Origin: a virus
Virus record (IMG/VR): IMGVR_UViG_3300031669_000012
Span: 3,008-67,007 of that record
DNA: 64,000 nucleotides
Reading direction: 5' to 3' (one strand)
The position numbers and the translations under genes are program-made. The notes beneath the pieces were generated by a model. It saw nothing but the letters and a program-made list of their open reading frames with translations, searched no databases and was not told the DNA's origin. Every line of letters starts with the position of its first letter. Within the stretch, counting starts at the first letter, position 1. Below are positions 1 to 7,030 of this stretch, piece after piece.

Positions 1-128
1 CCATATTTTGTTTCAGCAAATTCACTATTTTTGTGAATTTGAAATCTTACTTTTCCAAAATAGAGAACTTTTGTAGGAGGTAATACTTCTTCTTCTGGTA
101 ATTCACTTAATGTTTTACAAAGTCCCAT
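1..128 (-). CDS. Partial hypothetical protein (runs off left edge)
   Basis: Read manually: ATG at 128 after an A-rich upstream sequence, MGLCKTLSELPEEEVLPPTKVLYFGKVRFQIHKNSEFAETKY..., no stop before the window edge. Not in the ORF track. Confidence 0.55.
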   Translation of the reverse strand, partial: MGLCKTLSELPEEEVLPPTKVLYFGKVRFQIHKNSEFAETKY

Positions 129-221
129 AATTGTAAATTTGAGTTTGAGCTTTATTACTATTTCAAGTAATATACTAGCACTCCTATTCTTCATTTTATA
201 GTCAGAACTTTTATGACTTAT

Positions 222-254
222 AAAAACCACAAGATGTGCAGATACATCTCGTGG
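222..254 (-). terminator. Rho-independent terminator
   Basis: Minus strand CCACGAGATGT-ATCTGC-ACATCTTGTGG (11-bp stem, one G-U) followed by TTTTT. Confidence 0.8.
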
Positions 255-277
255 TGTAAATTTAATCCAATAAACTT

Positions 278-398
278 TTAGTAGTTTCGCCCCCTGTATA
301 GATAGTTTATACTCTATCAGATGTTTCAAGGTCAACCTTGATTCTTCTATCTTTTCAGATTTACTCTCAAATGTGAGGAAGGGAGCCACCTCTACTAA
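278..398 (-). ncRNA. Candidate multi-branched structured RNA of unknown family
   Basis: Closing helices UUAGUAG/CUACUAA and GCUCCCU/G-run enclose four hairpins: CUCA-CAUU-UGAG, AUCU-GAAA-AGAU, UCAAGG-UUGA-CCUUGA and GAUAG-AGUAUAAA-CUAUC. A terminator lies just downstream. Confidence 0.55.
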
Positions 399-400
399 TA

Positions 401-724
401 TCAAAAATACTTATTGTAGACTTCAATTAGCACTTCATATTGTGCTCTAGCCGTAATCAAAGTAATTTCTAAATCAAAAATAGAAACAATTTGATTTTTA
501 GCGAAGTCTCTCGATGGATTAACAAAAGGAGTTTTATCCATAGCATTTATTGCTGCAGAACGAAGTTCAATAGTTTCTTCATGTCTAGCAATCATGTGTT
601 CAACTCTTGAAATTCTATCCAATAGATCTTTTTTAGAAATATCAAATAAAACTTCTTGAGCAGCAGGAGTATTTGCATAATTAGCAATTATCTTACTGAT
701 TCTGGGTTTCTTTTGATAAGCCAT
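401..724 (-). CDS. Hypothetical protein (helical); start probably at 724 (MAYQKK), ORF track start 766
   Basis: ORF in a tightly packed minus-strand run; no recognisable motif. Confidence 0.65.
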   Translation of the reverse strand: MAYQKKPRISKIIANYANTPAAQEVLFDISKKDLLDRISRVEHMIARHEETIELRSAAINAMDKTPFVNPSRDFAKNQIVSIFDLEITLITARAQYEVLIEVYNKYF

Positions 725-1214
725 GTGAATTATTATTAGTAAACAAATGTTCAATATAATTCTCATTTATTTCCATAGCCCTATCTTTAAAAATAAAGCG
801 CATGAACGTATTTGCGATTTGTGCAAGTGTAACAGTTTTAAACCGAATTGTATTACAAATAATCGCACCACAATCTCTTTCATAGATTACTTTGAATCCA
901 TGATATTTTGTAGCATCTTTTATTGGCACAAGTAATCTAACTTGAATACCAATTTCATCCTCTTGACAAACTCCATCTACATAATATTTGCCAACATGAA
1001 TATGCTTTGTAGAAGAAACTTTACGAAGAATGCCTTTGAAACTAACTTCGTGTTTAGGTAGATGTTTAACTCTAACACCTAAAATGTTACGATAATCTTC
1101 TGTATCGTTATAACACCTGACGAAGTTTTCTTTGCACAATTCACGAGTTCTATCTTTACTCAAAGTAATGTTACATTGAGGACATTTACCAAATGGTCCA
1201 TCAGGGTTTCTCAT
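693..1214 (-). CDS. Hypothetical protein with N-terminal CxxC
   Basis: 173-aa ORF starting 11 nt after the thyX stop; KCPQC motif plus further Cys residues. Confidence 0.7.
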   Translation of the reverse strand: MRNPDGPFGKCPQCNITLSKDRTRELCKENFVRCYNDTEDYRNILGVRVKHLPKHEVSFKGILRKVSSTKHIHVGKYYVDGVCQEDEIGIQVRLLVPIKDATKYHGFKVIYERDCGAIICNTIRFKTVTLAQIANTFMRFIFKDRAMEINENYIEHLFTNNNSHGLSKETQNQ

Positions 1215-1225
1215 ACGATTAGGAT

Positions 1226-2008
1226 TTAAAGATCATCAAACAAAATAGGTATTAAACTTTGAAATCTCTCTTTAAGAGGATTCATTAAATCTATCATTTG
1301 AGGATGTGCAGCAGCACCACAACGAAGTTTAAATATGTGTCTCCATTCTCTAATATTAGCAGAAATATTTATTTCTGTTTTAAGAGAATTAGGAAGAACT
1401 GAACGTGCTTGTTGAGGCGACCAACCTAAACTTATTAACGTTTGATATGTTGTTTCTGATCCAGCAAGTGAATGTAAAAACCAATCAGATGCATGTTTAT
1501 TATCATGTTTTACAATTTTATCTAATTTGTCATTAACCCAATCATTTTCCCACCAAATATAAGTATCTTCTGATAGATACAACCAACTAGGAATAATGAA
1601 AGTAATATGCTTTTCATTTCCATAATTACAATATCTAGTTGATTCTTGTGCAAAACTAGCAATACGATGTCTTACTAATTCATGACTAACACCTCTATCC
1701 GTAATAAACTTAACAGTGATATTTCCACCAAATTCAAGCATTGCTTCATGCTTTCTAGAAATTAGTTTAGGAATTAATTTACGAGCAGATATAGAATATT
1801 GAAAATTAATATCACTCATATTTATTTCAACAAGTTGTGTAGAAACATGATTAACTATTTCACTTTTTTCGGATAAAGGAAGTAATTTAGAATATTCAAT
1901 TCTGCCTTCACTCTTATAACAAGTTCTAGCAGCTAACTCAATTTGTTTAAGAATCTCTTCTCCATTAATAGGAGTAATAATCTCAAAAGATTGTTTGATC
2001 AGTTTCAT
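1226..2008 (-). CDS. thyX: Flavin-dependent thymidylate synthase
   Basis: Signature ELVRHRIASFAQESTRY (RHRx7SxR), plus AARTCYKS, HEAMLEF, ARSVLPNS and NIREWRHIFKLR...AHPQM. Confidence 0.95.
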   Translation of the reverse strand: MKLIKQSFEIITPINGEEILKQIELAARTCYKSEGRIEYSKLLPLSEKSEIVNHVSTQLVEINMSDINFQYSISARKLIPKLISRKHEAMLEFGGNITVKFITDRGVSHELVRHRIASFAQESTRYCNYGNEKHITFIIPSWLYLSEDTYIWWENDWVNDKLDKIVKHDNKHASDWFLHSLAGSETTYQTLISLGWSPQQARSVLPNSLKTEINISANIREWRHIFKLRCGAAAHPQMIDLMNPLKERFQSLIPILFDDL

Positions 2009-2252
2009 TTGGTATCGTAAGATTTAAAGTTTGTTTTGATAAAAACATTTTCTACACTATAAATTATTGGAGAATACCAAAATTTGCAACTTATTTCGCA
2101 TAATTCGGCTCAATTCCAACAACTTATAATGTAGAAAGTAATCAAACAGTAAGAATCATATAAGCTGTTGCATAAGTCTATTGATTATGTTTGATTGATT
2201 CAGGAATAGTATCTGGAATCGAATGCATACCAGCAAGATTTGTATAATTATG

Positions 2253-2516
2253 TCAATATTGGCTTGGTTTAGTTGAATTTGTATTATGATTGAAGATACG
2301 ATCTGTAATATGAGGTTTGATTTGATTTAAAGGATGATTTAGGTTATGATCTGAAAGATGATCGGAATTAGAATCTGAATTAGAATCTAAGTTAGAATCT
2401 GAAAGATGATCTGTTGTATAGGTTTTGCAAACTACATTATAAAGTAATGGTGATTTTAAGGAAGTGTTTTGAAAAGGTATTAATGTGGATGGATATGTAG
2501 GCGCATCTAAACACAT
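2253..2516 (-). CDS. Possible low-complexity hypothetical protein (SDSN repeats)
   Basis: Starts 7 nt after the upstream stop; sequence is low complexity, so coding status is uncertain. Confidence 0.4.
   Translation of the reverse strand: MCLDAPTYPSTLIPFQNTSLKSPLLYNVVCKTYTTDHLSDSNLDSNSDSNSDHLSDHNLNHPLNQIKPHITDRIFNHNTNSTKPSQY
2349..2411. repeat. 12-bp periodic tandem repeat flanked by a 15-bp direct repeat
   Basis: ATCTGAAAGATGATC at 2349-2363 and 2397-2411; AGAATCTGAATT-like units about 3 times between them. Confidence 0.75.
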
Positions 2517-2523
2517 ATTAATT

Positions 2524-2874
2524 CTATGTTACACGAACAAACCATTCTTTAAAACTCATTCCTTTACCACGTTTCTGAAACCTATGAACTTTAGAAGGAT
2601 CAATGTCTTTATAAGCTACTTCTTCGTCCTTACAAATAATAAGCATTGCTAAAGTTTCCCAAACACGTTTCTTATTAGAATCAGATCTAGGTTCAACAAT
2701 ATGAATATTCTCTTTAAAAGTTCTACAAAGTTTCTCAATGATAAGATGTTCAACAGTTTCATTAAAATCCTTACTAGGAATTGAAAAACTATAAAATCCT
2801 ACAACAGTAGAATATCTAATATATTCTTTACCATCAGCAGGATCATTGTAAGACATTCTATGAATCGTTACCAT
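2524..2874 (-). CDS. Hypothetical protein
   Basis: 116-aa ORF overlapping the upstream stop; codon usage typical of the genome. Confidence 0.7.
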   Translation of the reverse strand: MVTIHRMSYNDPADGKEYIRYSTVVGFYSFSIPSKDFNETVEHLIIEKLCRTFKENIHIVEPRSDSNKKRVWETLAMLIICKDEEVAYKDIDPSKVHRFQKRGKGMSFKEWFVRVT

Positions 2875-3311
2875 AACTTAAACCTTTTAAATATGTTCCA
2901 AGGTCTTCTCTCAATCGTAATAAGAGCAATAAGATAGTTTTCACGTGCAAGACGATCTAACATAATTAGATTCAAATCAACTGAATTCTTACCAATCAAT
3001 TGTAGACCAATCCTATCTCGAACATTTTCAACAGGAAATTCCATCCTAGTAATGTCGATAACATTTAATTTAACTTTAAAAGCAGTTCTTGGAAGATTAA
3101 ATGTTAGCATCACATCAGCATCAAACATCCTAATATTGAGAAATATTGCTCTAAGAATGTTCTCAAGTAACGTGTTAGGAAAATGACTGAATCTAACATG
3201 CAATCTTATAGAAGCTTCTTCAACAGTCTTTATAACAAATATAACAGAAGCATCTGAAATAGTTTCAAGTGTAAGTTTCATCGCTAATCTAAATTTAAGC
3301 ACTATTAACAA
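2868..3311 (-). CDS. Hypothetical protein (start possibly 3281)
   Basis: ORF of 137-147 aa downstream of a terminator; no motif recognised. Confidence 0.65.
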   Translation of the reverse strand: MLIVLKFRLAMKLTLETISDASVIFVIKTVEEASIRLHVRFSHFPNTLLENILRAIFLNIRMFDADVMLTFNLPRTAFKVKLNVIDITRMEFPVENVRDRIGLQLIGKNSVDLNLIMLDRLARENYLIALITIERRPWNIFKRFKLW

Positions 3312-3356
3312 AAATACATTAGGTTAAAAATAATATTGAAAGTATGGAGTCCGAGG

Positions 3357-3392
3357 AAAAGAAGAAGGAGTTAGGAACTTAATCCCAACTCC
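3357..3392 (-). terminator. Rho-independent terminator after the 3403-3885 gene
   Basis: Minus strand GGAGTTGGGA-TTAAGT-TCCTAACTCC followed by TTCTTCTTTT. Confidence 0.8.
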
Positions 3393-3402
3393 ATCAACAT
3401 TG

Positions 3403-3885
3403 CTATCTGAATGCGACAGCCATCTCTTCCTTTGAAAATCCGAAAGAGGTCATCAATTCCATCTTCTTTTGCATAACCTCTTCCATTACAGAGAGATTAC
3501 CTTTTGCAGCAGCACGTGCTCCAATTTCAGCGGCAATTTCCTGCGATTGAAAAGACGAAAGAGGAAGAACGGTAACCAAAGCTTCTCCACTGTTGGTGTG
3601 AACCTTAACGTCGCCATTTTCATCAAGATACTCAGTCGTGTCTTTAATCCGTTCTTCAACGGTAACATTGACCTTAGAACCTTGATGAAGGGCTTCACGA
3701 TAAGTCAAACCATTCAATGAAAAGCCTTCGAGTTGTCCAAGCGAAGTAATAACTCGATGAACTACGCCTTTAGTGTCAACAACACTGATAAAGCGAAAAG
3801 CACCTTTGCTACCGTCTTTGCTTGAAAGATCACCAGTAATATCAACGATTTCACCGGTGAATGATTTTGATTTTGCAGCGTTCAT
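3403..3885 (-). CDS. Hypothetical protein, beta-rich N-terminus (possible OB-fold/ssDNA-binding) with helical tail
   Basis: 160 aa, visibly more GC-rich than its neighbours, with its own structured leader and terminator. The fold is an inference from the alternating beta-strand pattern. Confidence 0.75.
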   Translation of the reverse strand: MNAAKSKSFTGEIVDITGDLSSKDGSKGAFRFISVVDTKGVVHRVITSLGQLEGFSLNGLTYREALHQGSKVNVTVEERIKDTTEYLDENGDVKVHTNSGEALVTVLPLSSFQSQEIAAEIGARAAAKGNLSVMEEVMQKKMELMTSFGFSKEEMAVAFR

Positions 3886-3945
3886 AGCGCATATGAATTT
3901 AGTTACAGAGCAGGACTATTCCTACCCCGACAAGTGCTAGTAGGG

Positions 3946-3982
3946 TGAATATTACTCTGATAGTGGTTATGAATATTACTCT
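3946..3982 (-). promoter_or_regulatory. Tandem 13-bp direct repeat upstream of the 3885 gene
   Basis: TGAATATTACTCT (plus strand) at 3946-3958 and 3970-3982, identical copies with a 24-nt period. Confidence 0.55.
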
Positions 3983-3988
3983 TTTGTT

Positions 3989-4024
3989 TTAAAAAAGAAC
4001 CCTAGTCATTAAAACTAGGATTCT
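3989..4024 (-). terminator. Rho-independent terminator
   Basis: Minus strand AGAATCCTAGT-TTTAATG-ACTAGGGTTCT followed by TTTTT, 7 nt after the stop at 4032. Confidence 0.8.
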
Positions 4025-4031
4025 AATTAAT

Positions 4032-4199
4032 TCAATCTCTTACTATCTTACGAATAGTATAATCACCATAAGCGAACATACCAATCATAGCAGCGAGAAG
4101 AGCAAATAGATAACTTGCTTCATGTTGTTGAATAGTATGAAGAACATACGATGCAAATACAGAAGCAATAAATACGAATGAATAAACAAACCATTTCAT
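4032..4199 (-). CDS. Small two-TM membrane protein (55 aa)
   Basis: Manual translation MKWFVYSFVFIASVFASYVLHTIQQHEASYLFALLAAMIGMFAYGDYTIRKIVRD; A-rich start context TTTAAAAACTATTATG; terminator follows. Confidence 0.7.
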   Translation of the reverse strand: MKWFVYSFVFIASVFASYVLHTIQQHEASYLFALLAAMIGMFAYGDYTIRKIVRD

Positions 4200-4217
4200 A
4201 ATAATAGTTTTTAAAGG

Positions 4218-4352
4218 TTAATGAACTAAGAAAGGATAAGGACGAATAATCCTAACTCTATGACAAATTCTTGGACGTTTTACATTCACAATTAGATATG
4301 AATCTCCGATCCTCACTGTCTTAAGAATTAGTCTTGCATTTGGATGTGTCAT
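4218..4352 (-). CDS. Small basic hypothetical protein (44 aa)
   Basis: Manual translation MTHPNARLILKTVRIGDSYLIVNVKRPRICHRVRIIRPYPFLVH; stop 18 nt before the next start. Confidence 0.45.
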   Translation of the reverse strand: MTHPNARLILKTVRIGDSYLIVNVKRPRICHRVRIIRPYPFLVH

Positions 4353-4579
4353 GGCAGTTAGTATTAAAAAAGTTTAACAAATAATAGTAAGATTGATATG
4401 ACCCTATTAAATTTTACTTTCATTATTCAGAGAAAGATTCAACGATAGGGGGCATGTCAATCACAAGTTTTAGTAGGGGGTTGTCTAGAAGGAGGTTCCT
4501 CTATACATACATATAAACTACCCTACCATATCTATAAAAACATATATACAATCATTTCCAAATTCAACTCCAATATTAA

Positions 4580-4660
4580 TTAAAAGTTGAACCCTTATAT
4601 TAATTTTAAAAGTTAAACCCTTATCCAGAGTTCTATAAAGAATAGTATACAGAGTTCTAT
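4580..4660. repeat. Paired iteron-like direct repeats in the divergent intergenic region
   Basis: TTAAAAGTT(G/A)AACCCTTAT at 4580-4598 and 4606-4624; CAGAGTTCTAT at 4626-4636 and 4650-4660. Confidence 0.7.
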
Positions 4661-5144
4661 TTTCAAATTCATTAATAGCACTATTATCATTAATATTAAC
4701 TTAAATCCTATTTAATCCTTCTTTCCTACAGGGATCATTAATACTAATTAGTTCATAATTTTAAATATTAAAAGTCTTATTAATTAAATCATTGCTATTA
4801 TCATTTAAAGATGCATTAATGTTAGTTAGTTCAGAATTTTTTAAATTAATATTAATTTAAGTATCTTTATAAGTATTATAAAATTTTGACGAAAGGTATT
4901 GATTTTTTCAGAAATTTTTTATAACTTCGTATTCTACTTGTTAGAACTTTAAATGTAACACATACTATATTTAATTCATATAATAATATGAATAAAATTA
5001 TTATTAATAATAAAAAAAATAAAATAAAAAATAAATTTAAAAAAAACTTAAAAGATTTTATTTGTATTTCTTCTAAAGATACTTTTTATAATACTACAAA
5101 AGATATTAATGTTAATATTAATAAAAGATTTTTGTATAATTTTT

Positions 5145-5162
5145 GCCTTATATATTGTAAAA
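5145..5162 (+). promoter_or_regulatory. Candidate late-promoter motif GCCTTATATATTGTAAAA
   Basis: Near-identical (1-nt indel) to 36194-36212 upstream of the cargo genes. Confidence 0.45.
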
Positions 5163-5238
5163 AATAAATAAATGTATTACATTTACATCATTATTAATTA
5201 AAGATCATTTTCTTTTTTAAACTTTTAATACTATTACA

Positions 5239-5751
5239 ATGAGCACAGAAAATCAGAATGCAATTGATGCAAATGAAGTTGAACCAATCTATCCAGTAGA
5301 TTGTGAAAATCTTGATGATTCAAAACCTTATAGGTTTTTTGAAAGTGATGGGACTACTGAAATTGTAGCAATTAGAGATTGTCATACGTGTTGCAATATG
5401 CTTCCTAGAAACAATCATGTTATTATTAAAAATACTTGGAGAGTTCCTGGTATGTTACTTAATGATGAAAAATCATTAAAATCTCAATTAGAACCTTATA
5501 AAAAAGAGATTGTTGCTATTCAAGATACTAATTCAGCATTTCAAATTGGAGATGTTATTGAAGTTGCAGCAGGTTCAAGTATTATGCCTGTAATGGTAAA
5601 AGGTAATAATCTTAATATTAAAAATGTAATGGAAGTTTACAAAGATGGTTTTCAAAAGCATAAGACTGATAAGGGATATAGTGGAAGAACTTATGAAGCA
5701 GTCGATTACTATCTTGTTCCAGCAGTAATCATTGCAGCAATACAACTCTAA
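5239..5751 (+). CDS. Putative GroES-like co-chaperonin with insertions
   Basis: Motif order LPRNNHVIIK...PGMLL...EIVAI...FQIGDVIEV...YYLVPAVIIAAI parallels the Cpn10 pattern PLxDRVxVK...GIxL...EVVAVG...VKVGDxV...YLIxxExDILAI. Confidence 0.5.
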   Translation: MSTENQNAIDANEVEPIYPVDCENLDDSKPYRFFESDGTTEIVAIRDCHTCCNMLPRNNHVIIKNTWRVPGMLLNDEKSLKSQLEPYKKEIVAIQDTNSAFQIGDVIEVAAGSSIMPVMVKGNNLNIKNVMEVYKDGFQKHKTDKGYSGRTYEAVDYYLVPAVIIAAIQL

Positions 5752-6110
5752 TGTATATCGAAGAAAAAGATATATATGCTAGTATTGTAAAAAAACTACA
5801 AGAGAATCCTTTTACTCGACAACCTAGTTGGGTAAGAGGATTTCTTCTTAATGAAAATAAGATTGAGATACTAGCCTTACTTCATAGTCTACAAAAAGAA
5901 TGTATTATAGATGCAATGACTTCATTAGATGAAACAATAGATCTTCCAGGATTAGGTAGATTTGTTCTTAATACTTCAAGAAAAGAATTTGCGGATATAC
6001 TTCATGAAAATCCTCAAATGGAAGTTGAAGAAATAGAAAAGATAGTTGTTGAAAACTACATAAATCGGAAGAAACAAAACAAAAAGAAGAAGTCATGGAA
6101 ACAAGAATAA
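5751..6110 (+). CDS. HU/IHF-like DNA-binding protein
   Basis: ETIDLPGLGRF resembles the HU/IHF arm motif (VxLxGFGxF); basic C-terminus. Confidence 0.6.
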   Translation: MYIEEKDIYASIVKKLQENPFTRQPSWVRGFLLNENKIEILALLHSLQKECIIDAMTSLDETIDLPGLGRFVLNTSRKEFADILHENPQMEVEEIEKIVVENYINRKKQNKKKKSWKQE

Positions 6111-7030
6111 AAGGTAGAAAGATTTACTTTGATGAAATAAAACATAGATATACAGATGATATGGACAATGTCTATACATCTACTACAACTCTTATTGGCA
6201 AATATGCTAATGAGTTTGATATGGAAAAAATGGCAAAGATATGTGAAAAGATTGGAAGAAATCCATCACATCCTAAGTATAGAAAATATAAAGGTATGAG
6301 TGCAAATGCACTTATTAATTTATGGACAAGAGAAAAAGAAACTGCTTGTGAAAAAGGTAGTGAAAGACATGATTATCTTGAAGGAACTATTAAAGAAGTT
6401 ACCAAATTTAATAGTATAAATAAAAATCTTGGAAGACTTTATACTATTGATGATATATTAATCGATCATAATTTTGGAGAAGTAAAACTTGAACAGTTTG
6501 TAAAAACTGGACTTAAAGAAAAGTATCCAGAAATTTATAATATGATTCTAGGTCTTAGTAAATTAGGATTTAGATTTTATGCTGAAATAGGAGTATACGA
6601 TTCAACATACCTTATTTCAGGTATGATCGATTTACTTGCTGTAAAAGGAGATACATTTATAATAATAGATTGGAAAACTAATAAGATGCCTTTGATGTTT
6701 GAAGCAGGTCATTTTGAAAAAGATATCAATAGGAATATAATTTTGAATTCTTTTATTAAAGAAGATAAGAAAATGAAGTTTCCCTTAGAACATCTTGAAG
6801 ATTCAAATGGAAATCATTATGCTTTACAACTATCTATGTATGCACATCTAGTAGAATCATTTGGTTTTAAATGTTTGGGTTTAGTAATATTTCATATTAT
6901 GAAAATTAGTGAAACTCAAGAAGAAGTTGTAAAAATACCAATGCCATATTTGAAATCTGAGATAAAAGATTTGCTTGCAGATCATAGTAAAACTCTAGTT
7001 AAAAACTCTCAAAAAAACTTGTTTCAATGA
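6095..7030 (+). CDS. PD-(D/E)xK (RecB/Cas4-like) nuclease
   Basis: YAE...ISGMIDLL...IIIDWKTN...HYALQLSMY motifs; N-terminal HRY...STTT and GSERHDYLE. Confidence 0.85.
   Translation: METRIKGRKIYFDEIKHRYTDDMDNVYTSTTTLIGKYANEFDMEKMAKICEKIGRNPSHPKYRKYKGMSANALINLWTREKETACEKGSERHDYLEGTIKEVTKFNSINKNLGRLYTIDDILIDHNFGEVKLEQFVKTGLKEKYPEIYNMILGLSKLGFRFYAEIGVYDSTYLISGMIDLLAVKGDTFIIIDWKTNKMPLMFEAGHFEKDINRNIILNSFIKEDKKMKFPLEHLEDSNGNHYALQLSMYAHLVESFGFKCLGLVIFHIMKISETQEEVVKIPMPYLKSEIKDLLADHSKTLVKNSQKNLFQ

Noticed and set aside
278-325. Hammerhead ribozyme (CUGAUAGA...CGAAA)
   Set aside because: The core has an extra base relative to CUGANGA, the G-run intervenes between the would-be stem II and GAAA, and no matching stem I/III with an NUH site was found.
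278-400. HDV-like/theta ribozyme or lysine riboswitch (GGCGAA; AGUAGAGGUG)
   Set aside because: There is no P1 partner upstream and no UCCUCG-type L3; the element is too short and lacks the kissing-loop arms of the L-box.
2030-2255. Stop-codon reassignment (read-through of TGA at 2253 and a later TAG)
   Set aside because: The extension is short and meets further stops; many clear genes end in TAG or TGA, and the giant ORFs are intact in code 11.
4329-4352. IS481-like transposase start (MTHPNARL)
   Set aside because: The ORF is only 44 aa, with no integrase core or terminal inverted repeats; likely coincidence.
4580-4700. CRISPR array
   Set aside because: Only pairs of different short repeats with 7-13 nt gaps; no constant repeat with unique spacers, and no cas operon.
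1-5238. tRNA genes
   Set aside because: No cloverleaf with a GTTCRA T-loop and acceptor stem was found in the intergenic stretches.
6095-7030. CRISPR-associated Cas4
   Set aside because: It has the PD-(D/E)xK fold but lacks the four-Cys Fe-S cluster pattern and any CRISPR context; treated as a phage nuclease.
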